Virus record (IMG/VR): IMGVR_UViG_3300022699_000224 | Coordinates: 25,486-89,485 of that record | DNA length: 64,000 nucleotides | DNA from: a virus | Direction: 5' to 3' (one strand) | In this document: positions 8,625 through 18,349 of the stretch, piece after piece | Position numbering within the stretch: the first letter of the stretch is position 1 | How the letters are laid out: each line of letters opens with the position of its first letter | The notes under the pieces: generated by a model | What the model was told of the DNA's origin: nothing | Database searches by the model: none | What the model saw: only the letters and a program-made list of their open reading frames with translations | Program-made: the position numbers and the translations under genes

Positions 8625-8826
8625 ATGTAAGTGTAAAAAACCAGATAGAGTAATAAGTATTCTTAATGGAATAGGTTTTAAATGTGCAAAGTGTAATAAG
8701 TGGATAAAAATATTTCATAAAAAGTTTCATAAACCTACTAAAATAAGAAAATCTAAGAAGAAATATAATAGAAGAAAAGCAAAAAAGAAATTAAGACAAA
8801 AATTAAGAGAGGAGGATATTTCATGA
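8614..8826 (+). CDS. small basic zinc-binding protein
   Basis: CKC...CAKC; Lys/Arg-rich tail. Confidence 0.55.
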   Translation: MKNKCKCKKPDRVISILNGIGFKCAKCNKWIKIFHKKFHKPTKIRKSKKKYNRRKAKKKLRQKLREEDIS

Positions 8827-8954
8827 TTTATTTGATTATATTAGCAATGTTAATATTAGTTGCTTTTATTGCAGGTATGTTTGTTCAAAGAAATAATTAT
8901 ATTCTAAAACCAAAAAAACCTAAAGATATGCATTATGGTAAAATTAATAACTAG
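8823..8954 (+). CDS. small single-pass membrane protein (43 aa; not in ORF track)
   Basis: MIYLIILAMLILVAFIAGMFVQRNN...; GAGGAGG RBS; ATGA overlap. Confidence 0.6.
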   Translation: MIYLIILAMLILVAFIAGMFVQRNNYILKPKKPKDMHYGKINN

Positions 8955-8966
8955 GAGGTGAGGTAA

Positions 8967-9206
8967 ATGATTAAAGGTCAAGATTTAAATATTGAACTTA
9001 AAAAATTAGATTTAAAAATCAGTAAATCTAGCATTACCAATTCTGATGTAGTTAAAGCTATAACTTTACTTATTAAATTAGCTAGAGATATTAGACAAAA
9101 TCAAGTTTTGATGATGAAAGAGAGGGGTATAGATTTGATAAAGCCTCCAAAAGAAAAAAGAGATAAAGATAATACAGAACCTACTAAATCAGATACTAAA
9201 AAATAA
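8967..9206 (+). CDS. hypothetical protein
   Basis: AGGAGGTGAGG RBS. Confidence 0.6.
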   Translation: MIKGQDLNIELKKLDLKISKSSITNSDVVKAITLLIKLARDIRQNQVLMMKERGIDLIKPPKEKRDKDNTEPTKSDTKK

Positions 9207-9214
9207 TTAATTTC

Positions 9215-9289
9215 GGGGCTTGTGGTTTAATAGCCTGATAACTTACTAGGGATTCCTGGTGAGAAATTGTAGATTAACTACCAAGCCCC
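9215..9289 (+). ncRNA. long imperfect hairpin, putative structured RNA element
   Basis: GGGGCTTG/CAAGCCCC closing stem; inner CTTACTAGG/CCTGGTGAG stem whose G-U pairs favour the + strand. Confidence 0.45.
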
Positions 9290-9304
9290 TTTACGGAGTA
9301 AGAG

Positions 9305-9739
9305 ATGAAATTAGAACAGCAAGTATGTAGTTTAGAATTAGCCAAGAAACTTAAAGAGTTAGGAGTTAAGCAAGAGAGTTTGTTTTATTGGCAGAGATAT
9401 ACAGAAAAAAAGACAGGTATTGAAGAATGGGATTTAGCCCTAAGAGGTAAACATACAAGAGATAACGCTTGGAGTTGTTTAACAGGTAATTACCACGATG
9501 GGAGACAATGGATAAGTCATTGGGTAGAAAAAGATGAGGAATACTCCGCCTTCACAGTTGCAGAGCTTGGGGAGATGTTGCCTAAGGGAACTCAATCATA
9601 TCATACTTCGTTTGACTGGTGTTTAACAAATCCTAAATGGGCAACTTCTTATATACAACCAAATTCAACCTTTCTAACATATACCGACACCGAAGCCAAC
9701 GCCAGAGCCAAGATGCTTATATATTTAATTGAGGAATAA
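9305..9739 (+). CDS. conserved phage hypothetical protein
   Basis: VCSLELAKKLKELGV.QES.FYW ... SAFTVAELGEMLP ... TEANARAKMLIYL pattern, recalled from phage proteins; higher GC than neighbours. Confidence 0.7.
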   Translation: MKLEQQVCSLELAKKLKELGVKQESLFYWQRYTEKKTGIEEWDLALRGKHTRDNAWSCLTGNYHDGRQWISHWVEKDEEYSAFTVAELGEMLPKGTQSYHTSFDWCLTNPKWATSYIQPNSTFLTYTDTEANARAKMLIYLIEE

Positions 9740-9750
9740 AAAAATGACTA

Positions 9751-9987
9751 ACCCCAATTGCCTTATGTGGCGTGGTAGCCTACTGATAGTTTTTTAGTGT
9801 TTAACTTGCAAAAATAACACTACGTTACAATAATTCGTTTCGTGAAATTAATCAACAGAGCAGACCAACTGCCCTATGGCAAAAGGGGTAATGGGGGCTA
9901 GATTGGAAAATCAAAATAAGTTATTAAAAGGTTCTTTCTGGTTGAAAAAATCCACTAAGAATGATATTTAAATTGCCCCAAGCCCTC
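9751..9987 (+). ncRNA. putative structured non-coding RNA region
   Basis: Stems ACCCC..TTGCC/GGCAA..GGGGT, TGTGGCGTGG/CTACGTTACA, GCAG/CTGC, GGGGGCT/AGCCCTC and GATT-GGAA-AATC in an ORF-free, GC-enriched gap. Confidence 0.4.
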
Positions 9988-10067
9988 TGCAACGCTAAAG
10001 AGAGAACAGTCAAGGTAAAAGATACCTAAAAAAGATAAAAAATATTTAAATAAACGATTAATTTATT

Positions 10068-10928
10068 ATGAAAATACTTATTTTTGGCGATACACATATA
10101 AGAGAAGAAAATATAGAAGAGTTAAAATTAATATTTAATGAAATTTTATCTATAAATGCAGATAAAGTAATTCATTTAGGTGATTATTATGATAGAAATA
10201 GACCAACTCCTAAAGAATTATATTTTGGCACTAAAATAGCTAAACGATTTTATAATAAATATAAAGATGTTACTATAATTTCTGGTAACGGTCAACATGA
10301 TATATTAAATAATTATAGTATTATTCAATATTTAGAAAATATTGGTATTAATACAATAAAAGGAGATTATATTTATAATAATATGCTTTTTGGTCATTTT
10401 ATGTTAAATGAATCTAAATTAGAATATGGTAGTGGTAGATGTGGTATTAAGGATTTAAAAAAATATCATAAAGTATTTTTGGGGCATCAGCATGAATTTG
10501 AAGAGTTAAAAAGGAATACAATTTATCATATAGGTTCAGTTAGGTTTTGTAATTTTAATGAAGTAAATGATTCTTATAAACGAATTGCGATATTAGAAAA
10601 TAATAATATTAAATTCATTAAATTAAAAAGTCCTTATAAAATGTTAGATATTACTAATATAGAAAAATTAAATGATTTAGATAAAAATACTAAAGTAAGA
10701 CTAATATATTCTAATTATAATAATTTTAAATCAGATATAAATAATATACCTAAATATAAATCTAAATTTGCTAATTTCAAGTTAAAATTAAGTTTTGATA
10801 ATACGTTAAATACTTCTAATATTAAAATTTCTAATAAGAAAAAAAAGTTAATTGATATTTTAAATGAGGGAATAAACAAGATTAATGATAATGAAGTAAA
10901 AAATTTATTAAAAGAAATTATTAAATAA
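10068..10928 (+). CDS. Mre11/SbcD-like (gp47-like) nuclease
   Basis: GDTH, GDYYD, GNGQHD, GHQH and GS motifs; adjacent to an SMC-like ATPase. Confidence 0.85.
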   Translation: MKILIFGDTHIREENIEELKLIFNEILSINADKVIHLGDYYDRNRPTPKELYFGTKIAKRFYNKYKDVTIISGNGQHDILNNYSIIQYLENIGINTIKGDYIYNNMLFGHFMLNESKLEYGSGRCGIKDLKKYHKVFLGHQHEFEELKRNTIYHIGSVRFCNFNEVNDSYKRIAILENNNIKFIKLKSPYKMLDITNIEKLNDLDKNTKVRLIYSNYNNFKSDINNIPKYKSKFANFKLKLSFDNTLNTSNIKISNKKKKLIDILNEGINKINDNEVKNLLKEIIK

Positions 10929-10930
10929 TT

Positions 10931-12361
10931 ATGAAAATATTAAAAATAAAATTAAAGAACTTTAAAAACTTTTCTACCGAAAAAGAATTTTATTTTGGTA
11001 AACTTAATTTTATTAAAGGTAATAACGGAACAGGTAAAACTACTTTAGCATTAGAAAGTATATTATTTTGTCTTTATGGTTATACCTTTAAGAATTCATT
11101 AGCAGGGTTACCTACAAGAGAAAAATCTAAATCATGTAACGTAGAAATAACAGTTAAAGATAAAAATAATAAATATATAATTTTTAGGTCTTATCCTACT
11201 AAAATAAAAATACAAAAAGATAATGAAGAATTAAAATTTTCTAATAATTTAGAAGCTCAAAGATTTATAGATAAATTATTTGGTAATAGAATTAATTTTA
11301 TTAAGTTTAGAACTATAGATGCATATAGAAAAGAATCTAACTTTTTAGAAGAAGGTAATACTGCGTTTAAACGTATTTTATTTTCTTCTTCAGATGAAAT
11401 TTTTAGTAAAATAAAGGATAAACTTAATAATTTAAAACACGAAAGAGAAATATTTAATAAAGAAACTGCATCAGTAAATAATCATTATCCATCATTAAAA
11501 AGACTAAGTGTTCTTAATAATAATATAAATAAATTAGATAAGAATATAAAAAATACCCAAAGAGAAATAAAGTTTATAAATAAAGATTATATTAAAAATG
11601 AGAGACAAAAGTCTAAGTTAGCAGAAAGAAAACAACGTTATGCTTCACAACAAACTAGATTAAAACAAACTAAAAAGTGTTATACTTGTGGACAAGAATT
11701 ATCTAAAGAAAAACAAAAGAAAATATTAGAAAATTTAAAAAAAGAAATAAATATATTAGAATCAACAATGCCTAAAGTAAATAATCAGTTAGATATAACA
11801 AAAACAATGCTTAAAGAATTAGAAATAGAATTAAATAGTCAACGTAATAAAAAAGATATTATTAATAATTTAAAATATAAACTACAAGAAAGAATAAAAC
11901 AAAAAGATTATAAATGGACTAATAAAGATGTATTAGTAGTTAAAAAAGCAATTAAAGAAATAGATAATTTATCAACATATTATTTAACTGAAAGTATTAA
12001 AATATTAAAACCTATTATTAATTCTGTATTAGAGAAAATAAATTTTAAAGTGAATTTTGAAATAAATGATAAAGGAAAATTTATAATTACATTAAAAAAA
12101 GATAATATAAAATATAATTACAAAGATTTGTCTACAGGACAAAAACTTATATTACAAATAGCTTTTAAATTAGCATTATTAATTGAAAAAAATGAAAGTG
12201 GAATAATAATAGCAGATGAAGGATTAAGTTCATTGGATGAAATTAATTTATTACATATTATTCATATATTTGAAAATTATCCGTTTCAATTATTTTTAGT
12301 ATTGCATAATGCTCCTGTAATGCCAGAGTCAATTAAAATAATTAATTTGGAGGAAAAATGA
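10931..12361 (+). CDS. Rad50/SbcC-like (gp46-like) ATPase
   Basis: Walker A GNNGTGKT, coiled coil with CYTC zinc hook, signature LSTGQ, Walker B IADEG..SLD and H-loop. Confidence 0.9.
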   Translation: MKILKIKLKNFKNFSTEKEFYFGKLNFIKGNNGTGKTTLALESILFCLYGYTFKNSLAGLPTREKSKSCNVEITVKDKNNKYIIFRSYPTKIKIQKDNEELKFSNNLEAQRFIDKLFGNRINFIKFRTIDAYRKESNFLEEGNTAFKRILFSSSDEIFSKIKDKLNNLKHEREIFNKETASVNNHYPSLKRLSVLNNNINKLDKNIKNTQREIKFINKDYIKNERQKSKLAERKQRYASQQTRLKQTKKCYTCGQELSKEKQKKILENLKKEINILESTMPKVNNQLDITKTMLKELEIELNSQRNKKDIINNLKYKLQERIKQKDYKWTNKDVLVVKKAIKEIDNLSTYYLTESIKILKPIINSVLEKINFKVNFEINDKGKFIITLKKDNIKYNYKDLSTGQKLILQIAFKLALLIEKNESGIIIADEGLSSLDEINLLHIIHIFENYPFQLFLVLHNAPVMPESIKIINLEEK

Positions 12362-12858
12362 AACAATGTCAACATAAATTAATAAAAACAATTACTTTAG
12401 CAGATGGAGTTTATAATATATGCAAAGATTGTTTAAAAATTATATCAGAAACAAAGAGATACAAAACTATCCCTGAATTACAAATTATTTGTCATAATAT
12501 TGCAGTTAAAAAAGGTTTTTGGGATTGTCCAGAATGTAATGGAACAGGTAAGAAGAAATCTTTATTTTTACAATTCATAAATAGCGAATATAATTATGAT
12601 GAATGTAATAATTGTAATGGAAACGGTCATATTAATAGAAACAATGGAGAATTAATTGCTTTAATGCATGCAGAATTATCTGAAGCTTTAGAAGATTTAA
12701 GAAAAGGTAATGATAAACATGTAGGGGAAGAATTAGCTGATTGTGTTATAAGAATTTTAGATTTTTGTCAAGGAAGAGATATTGATTTAGCACATGAAAT
12801 AGAAAATAAAATAAAGAAAAATAAAAAAAGACCTTATAAACATAATAAAAAATTTTAG
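12358..12858 (+). CDS. MazG-like nucleotide pyrophosphohydrolase with inserted CxxCxGxG zinc finger
   Basis: KGFWD...GELIALMHAELSEALE...EELADCVIRILD...KNKKRPYKH. Confidence 0.75.
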   Translation: MKQCQHKLIKTITLADGVYNICKDCLKIISETKRYKTIPELQIICHNIAVKKGFWDCPECNGTGKKKSLFLQFINSEYNYDECNNCNGNGHINRNNGELIALMHAELSEALEDLRKGNDKHVGEELADCVIRILDFCQGRDIDLAHEIENKIKKNKKRPYKHNKKF

Positions 12859-12870
12859 ATAGGAGGTAAA

Positions 12871-13122
12871 ATGGAACTTTTATCAGATTTAGAAAATAAA
12901 TTATATGATTATATTAAAAAGAATAAAGAAGTTACTTATGATGCAATAAGAAAGAATTTAGGGCTTAATTATATGGGAGCTATTGGTAAATTACTTAATT
13001 TAAAATTAATAGAAAAAGGAAAACGCAAAACAAATGAAACTATATCAACAGGATTTGATAGATATGGAACTAAATTAGTAAAAATTTTAAAATTAAAAGA
13101 TAAAAAGGAGAATAATGTCTAA
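12871..13122 (+). CDS. hypothetical protein, possible winged-helix DNA-binding
   Basis: AGGAGG RBS; helix pattern LSDLENKLYDYIK...IGKLLNLKLIEK. Confidence 0.5.
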   Translation: MELLSDLENKLYDYIKKNKEVTYDAIRKNLGLNYMGAIGKLLNLKLIEKGKRKTNETISTGFDRYGTKLVKILKLKDKKENNV

Positions 13123-13309
13123 TAAAAAAAGTAAATTTTATTATGAAATTAGAAAATTAGTAACTTCTTTGCATGGAGTGAAATACGAAGAATTATCAAG
13201 AGGAATTAGGAGAGATATAGATAAAACTACGAATAAAATAATTAATTTATTTATTGATACTACTATAGTAGAATTAAAATCGTTATTAAGAAATACAATA
13301 ATTAATTAA
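13115..13309 (+). CDS. hypothetical protein
   Basis: AGGAG RBS. Confidence 0.5.
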   Translation: MSNKKSKFYYEIRKLVTSLHGVKYEELSRGIRRDIDKTTNKIINLFIDTTIVELKSLLRNTIIN

Positions 13310-13321
13310 GGAGGTAAAAAC

Positions 13322-13651
13322 ATGTCAAGACCTAATAATGAAAAACAAAAACCTAATACTGTAAAAGAACAGATTCCAGAAAAACAATTAAGAGATGTTA
13401 AAAAAAGATTAGATAAAAAACAACAATTATTACAAGAGTTTTTACAATTATCTATCACAGCTACTAAAATAAGACAAAAGATAGATGATATTTATGAAAG
13501 AATTAACGATAATGGTCAAAAAATAAGAACATCTATCCAACATGCTTATAAAAAAATGAAATTAGGTAAAAAGAAGAATTATCAATGGAGATTTGATGGT
13601 AGAGATTCTTTTATCGGTATAGAAATGCCTTTAGAGAAACCTAAAAAATAA
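13322..13651 (+). CDS. hypothetical coiled-coil protein
   Basis: AGGAGG RBS. Confidence 0.6.
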   Translation: MSRPNNEKQKPNTVKEQIPEKQLRDVKKRLDKKQQLLQEFLQLSITATKIRQKIDDIYERINDNGQKIRTSIQHAYKKMKLGKKKNYQWRFDGRDSFIGIEMPLEKPKK

Positions 13652-13652
13652 A

Positions 13653-14156
13653 ATGTTAACAATAATAAACAAATTAATTTGGGATATACATAAATTATTA
13701 GCTTATATTAGAAGAGAAAAATTTAGCGCTTTAAGATTTCTAAATAAGTATAATAAAATAGAAATTAAATATAAAGGTTATTTATCATTTGATTTTGATT
13801 CTGTCATTGCAACATATAAAAGACCTTTTAAATATGATATTTTAGGGAAACCTAATAAAGAAATAATTAAAGTTATGAGATATTATTATGAAAAAGGTTA
13901 TCATATTAATATTTTTACAGGGCGTATACTTACTCCTAAAATGAAAAAATGGTTAAGTAAATACAAAGTGCCTTATCATACTTTTAATGTAAATCCTAAA
14001 GTCTTTGATAATGCTTGTAGATTTAAACCATATTATGATTGTATAATTGATGATAAAGGTTTAAATTATCATTTTAAATATAATGCAAAATCTAAAAAGC
14101 AATTAATTAAAGAAATAGATGAAATAATTAAATGGAGCAAAGAGGGTAAAAAATGA
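13653..14156 (+). CDS. HAD-superfamily phosphatase
   Basis: Motif I DFDSV, motif II FTGR, K plus IIDDK motif IV. Confidence 0.75.
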   Translation: MLTIINKLIWDIHKLLAYIRREKFSALRFLNKYNKIEIKYKGYLSFDFDSVIATYKRPFKYDILGKPNKEIIKVMRYYYEKGYHINIFTGRILTPKMKKWLSKYKVPYHTFNVNPKVFDNACRFKPYYDCIIDDKGLNYHFKYNAKSKKQLIKEIDEIIKWSKEGKK

Positions 14157-14635
14157 AAATTATAGATATAATGTATGAACCAGAAAAGAATAAGTATTCT
14201 TTATTAGAAGAAAATTCAAAAAGAAAAGAAATATCTAAAAAAGAATTTTATGATATTCTTCATTTCAAAGAAAAAAAAGCAGAATTTACTGGTAAATATT
14301 CTTTAATGATAGGAAGGTGGCAACCTTTACATAAAGGTCATATTAAATTAATTAGAAAAGTATTAAATCAAGGAAATAAAGTATGTATAGGTATAAGAGA
14401 TAGTAAAAAAGATAATAAAAACCCTTATTCAATTGAAGAAAGAATTGATATGATAAAGCAAGAATTCGGTCAAGAAATAATAAATGAAACAATTAAATAT
14501 GTAGCATTACCTGATATTAAAGAAGTAGTATATGGTAGAAAAGTAGGATGGGGAATTAGAGAAATAAGGTTAGATGAAAAAATAGAAAATATTTCAGCTA
14601 CTAATATAAGGAGAAAATTAAATAATGAAATTTAA
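14153..14635 (+). CDS. HxGH nucleotidyltransferase (cytidylyltransferase/NMNAT-like)
   Basis: GRWQPLHKGH, NPYSIEERI and ISATNIR. Confidence 0.85.
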   Translation: MKIIDIMYEPEKNKYSLLEENSKRKEISKKEFYDILHFKEKKAEFTGKYSLMIGRWQPLHKGHIKLIRKVLNQGNKVCIGIRDSKKDNKNPYSIEERIDMIKQEFGQEIINETIKYVALPDIKEVVYGRKVGWGIREIRLDEKIENISATNIRRKLNNEI

Positions 14636-14828
14636 ATATACTAGAGAAGAATTACAAGAAGCATTAAAAGATGTTAAACAATTTATTTTAATGACTAAAG
14701 ATACTCCTAATGGAACTCCAAAACGTTTATTGATTTTTCGGGATTTATTGAAAAAAGAATTGATAATAAAAAACCATACTCCTCATAAATTGGAAGAATT
14801 AAAACATTTCAAAGAAAAAGAGAGATAA
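14625..14828 (+). CDS. hypothetical protein
   Basis: Overlapping operon arrangement. Confidence 0.5.
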   Translation: MKFKYTREELQEALKDVKQFILMTKDTPNGTPKRLLIFRDLLKKELIIKNHTPHKLEELKHFKEKER

Positions 14829-16310
14829 ATGAATAATAAATATAAAAAAATATTGAATCCCTTTATAAGTTCTCTACAATACGTTTTAAATGATGATAAT
14901 ATAGATGTTTATAAGAACGAACAATATATTAAAGATAGTTTAGCTAATGGAAAAATTTGGGATATTAGTCATTCAGAAGATAATGATTTTAAAAGAATAA
15001 TACAAATTTTTCATCAAACTACCCAATTAGAGAATAGTCTTGATTTTGATTTGGGAGATGAAAATTTATTCGTGCAAGAAAACGAAGATAAAACTGAATT
15101 TACTAATCAAGGTGAATTACAATTACAATTTTCTCCTTGGGCATCAACTTATGCAGGTTGGCACTTAAATGAATCATCTGGAAATATAGCATATGATTTT
15201 TCTGATAACGAAAGAAATGCAATTACTGTAAATAATCCTTTATGGATAGAAGGTAAATTAAATAATTGTTTACAATTTAATGGAATTAATCAATATGTAA
15301 ATTGTGGAGATATAGCTAATTTTGATTATGATGAATCATTTAGTTTAGAATGTTGGTTTAAAACTAAAAGTAAAAATCAAATTATACTTAGTCGTATGGA
15401 TAATAATTTAGTAAGAGGATGGCAATTAGTGCTTCATAAATCTACTTCGATTTATTTTGGATTATATCATACAACAGTCCCTACAAATGCTTTAGTTGTT
15501 TATACTGATTCTACAGGTTGGAATGATGATGAATGGCATCATATAATTATGACTTATGATGGAACTAATAGTCCTTCTGGAATTTGTATTTATATAGATA
15601 GAGAAAAACAATCTTTGATTACATATGGTAATACTTTAACAAGTTCTATAAAAAACCCTGCTAATTGTCAAATTTCAGGAAGAGATGGAGATACTCTTCT
15701 TTGGAAAGGAAATATAGATGAAACTATTATTTATGATAAAACATTAACTGTTGATGAAGTAGCAAATAGATGGAATTCAGGACAAGGAATTGAATTAACA
15801 GGATATGATATTTCTCAAGGTTGGTATGTTCATACTAATGAAAATCAAATAGATACTTCATTATGGAAAAATATAATCAATATAGGATTTACAGAAACTA
15901 AACCAACTGAAACAGAAATAAGATATTATATATCAACTGATAATAGAAATACTTGGAAATATTGGGATAATGACCATTGGAAGAGTGAAAATAATTTAGA
16001 TAATATAGATATACTAGGCAATAGTTCAAGTGAATTAGAATCTTTAAATGAAAATAATTGGATAGATATTGGTTTAACAGATACCTTTGATATTGCTATG
16101 AGTTTAAAGACTATAAATGCAGAAAATACTCCTAGTTTAAGTCAAATTGATATTGCGTATAGATTTCCAGGTAAAATTAAATGTAAAGATTCTCAAATAA
16201 GAATAGAATTAATTTCCCCAACTCTTACTAGAATTACTAATATTTCAGGTGTATTAACTAGTCCTTTAACAGATTTAAGAGCAAATATATTAATTGAAAA
16301 AAAATTATAA
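14829..16310 (+). CDS. LamG/concanavalin A-like lectin domain protein
   Basis: WHLNESSG..AYD, FNG..QYV, FSLECWFKT, WHHIIMTYDG and GNIDETIIYD. Confidence 0.8.
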   Translation: MNNKYKKILNPFISSLQYVLNDDNIDVYKNEQYIKDSLANGKIWDISHSEDNDFKRIIQIFHQTTQLENSLDFDLGDENLFVQENEDKTEFTNQGELQLQFSPWASTYAGWHLNESSGNIAYDFSDNERNAITVNNPLWIEGKLNNCLQFNGINQYVNCGDIANFDYDESFSLECWFKTKSKNQIILSRMDNNLVRGWQLVLHKSTSIYFGLYHTTVPTNALVVYTDSTGWNDDEWHHIIMTYDGTNSPSGICIYIDREKQSLITYGNTLTSSIKNPANCQISGRDGDTLLWKGNIDETIIYDKTLTVDEVANRWNSGQGIELTGYDISQGWYVHTNENQIDTSLWKNIINIGFTETKPTETEIRYYISTDNRNTWKYWDNDHWKSENNLDNIDILGNSSSELESLNENNWIDIGLTDTFDIAMSLKTINAENTPSLSQIDIAYRFPGKIKCKDSQIRIELISPTLTRITNISGVLTSPLTDLRANILIEKKL

Positions 16311-16321
16311 CTTAACTAATT

Positions 16322-17062
16322 ATGAAATCAATAAGAAAAATAAGTGTAAAAACAGTAGCTTTAAAAACTATTATATATAGAATTTTTATAATTTTAGTGC
16401 AAGCATTTTTTACTTTTCTTTATATTAAAAATTTTTCTAAAGCATTAAATATAAGTATAGGATGGAATGTAATTAATATAGGATTATATTTTATTTATGA
16501 ATATTTATTTGCTAAAAAGTGGGATATGACTATTCAAACTAAAGGAGCTGTTATATGGTTAACAGGTTTGCCTTGTAGCGGTAAGACTACTATAGGTAAT
16601 AAATTAGCTACTATATTAAAAAGAAAAGGATTAAATGTAGAAAGACTTGATGGAGACATAGTAAGAAAAGGTAAATTAAGTGATGATTTAGGATTTTCTA
16701 AAGAAGATAGAGATAAAAATATTAATAGAATTACATTTGTAAGTAAATTATTATCTAGAAATAAAACAATAGTAATAGCATCTTTTGTTTCCCCCTATAT
16801 ATATACACGAAATAATATAAGAAATAATGTTACAAATTTTATAGAAGTTTATGTAAAAGCTTCATCTGAAATATGTGCTAAAAGAGATGTAAAAGGAATG
16901 TGGGCTAAAGCAAAAAAAGGAATAATAAAAGGATTTACAGGATATGATGACCCTTATCAAAAGCCTAATAATCCAGAAATTATATGTAATACCGAAAAAG
17001 AAAATTTAAGTAATAGTGTTAATAAAATATTAGTCTATTTAGAGAATAAAAAAATTATATAG
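16322..17062 (+). CDS. cysC: adenylyl-sulfate (APS) kinase with N-terminal DUF2061-like membrane domain
   Basis: WLTGLPCSGKTT, LDGD.VR, LGFSKEDR..N, FVSPY, RDVKG and FTG.DDPY..P; N-terminal KTIIYR plus two transmembrane helices. Confidence 0.92.
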   Translation: MKSIRKISVKTVALKTIIYRIFIILVQAFFTFLYIKNFSKALNISIGWNVINIGLYFIYEYLFAKKWDMTIQTKGAVIWLTGLPCSGKTTIGNKLATILKRKGLNVERLDGDIVRKGKLSDDLGFSKEDRDKNINRITFVSKLLSRNKTIVIASFVSPYIYTRNNIRNNVTNFIEVYVKASSEICAKRDVKGMWAKAKKGIIKGFTGYDDPYQKPNNPEIICNTEKENLSNSVNKILVYLENKKII

Positions 17063-17072
17063 GAGACTGAAT

Positions 17073-18341
17073 ATGAAAATAGGAGTAATAGGTTGCGGAT
17101 ATATAGGATTAAATACTTCATTATTTTTTGCTAAAAAGGGTATAGAAGTTATAGGTATAGATATTGATAGAACTAAAGTAGAAGCTATTAATAGAGGAGA
17201 AATTATTATTAAAGAATTAAAAGATTGGCTTCCTTTCGATAGCAAACCTTTATTTAATAATTATATAAAAGCATATACTGATAGTATTAATTTATTAAAT
17301 AGAGGAGATATAGACGTAATCTTTATAGCAGTGCCTACTGAAAAAAATGGAAAGCCTTATTTTAAATGTTTAGAACCTGTTATAAATGATATAATGATGT
17401 CTCCATGTAGAAAATCTTTAGTAATTATTGAGTCTACTTTAATGCCAGGAGTATCTGATAAATATATTAAACCTTATATAAAAAATTTTGTTGTAGCTCC
17501 TCGTAGGGATTGGTTTGATATGGAAGGTAGGAATATCGAAAATATACCAAGAATAGTAGGAGGAAATACTAAAGAAAATACTAAAAAAGCTATTGATATT
17601 TTAAAGTTAGTATGTAAAAAATTAATTCCTTGCACTTATAAAGAAGCAGAATTAGTTAAAGCAACGGAAAATTCAATAAGACATATAGGAGCAGTTTATG
17701 CTCAAGAATTAACTTTAGCTCATCCTGATATAGATATTAGAAAAGTATTAAAATTAGCATCTACGAAATGGAATGTGCCTTTTTATTATCCAAATGTATT
17801 GGGGTCTGGAGGCTACTGTATTCCGTTAAGTAGTAGATATGTAAAACAGTCAGCAAAAAATCCAAAGGATTTAACAATATTAGATAGTGTAATAAATAGA
17901 GATGATAACGTTTCAGAAATTATTGCTAATTATGTTAAACAAAGTAATACTAATTTCCCTTTAGCTTTATTAGGAATTAGCTATTTAGGAAATTTAAAAG
18001 TGGCTATATTATCAGGTAGTTTACGATTTTTAAAACACTTTAATAAATTAGATAATATTTATGTTAATGACCCTTTATACTCAAATAATGAACTTAAAGA
18101 CTATACTGGATTTTCTAAAATAGAATTAAATGAATTAAATAAAACTAAAGTGATTATTATAGGAGTAAATCACGATTTTTATAAACAAAATGTAAAAAAG
18201 ATAATAGCACAAACCCAAAATGCTAAAGTAATATTAGATATTTTTGGGGTTTTAGAACAATATCAGGAATCTTTTAAATGTCCTTATATAGTTCCAGGTA
18301 GGACTAATTGGAGAATAGATTTAAAAATATTATTAAAATAG
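17073..18341 (+). CDS. UDP-glucose/GDP-mannose dehydrogenase family protein
   Basis: GCGYIG Rossmann motif, IAVPT, IESTL.PG, AELVKATEN and catalytic GGYCIP. Confidence 0.88.
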   Translation: MKIGVIGCGYIGLNTSLFFAKKGIEVIGIDIDRTKVEAINRGEIIIKELKDWLPFDSKPLFNNYIKAYTDSINLLNRGDIDVIFIAVPTEKNGKPYFKCLEPVINDIMMSPCRKSLVIIESTLMPGVSDKYIKPYIKNFVVAPRRDWFDMEGRNIENIPRIVGGNTKENTKKAIDILKLVCKKLIPCTYKEAELVKATENSIRHIGAVYAQELTLAHPDIDIRKVLKLASTKWNVPFYYPNVLGSGGYCIPLSSRYVKQSAKNPKDLTILDSVINRDDNVSEIIANYVKQSNTNFPLALLGISYLGNLKVAILSGSLRFLKHFNKLDNIYVNDPLYSNNELKDYTGFSKIELNELNKTKVIIIGVNHDFYKQNVKKIIAQTQNAKVILDIFGVLEQYQESFKCPYIVPGRTNWRIDLKILLK

Positions 18342-18349
18342 GAATAAAT

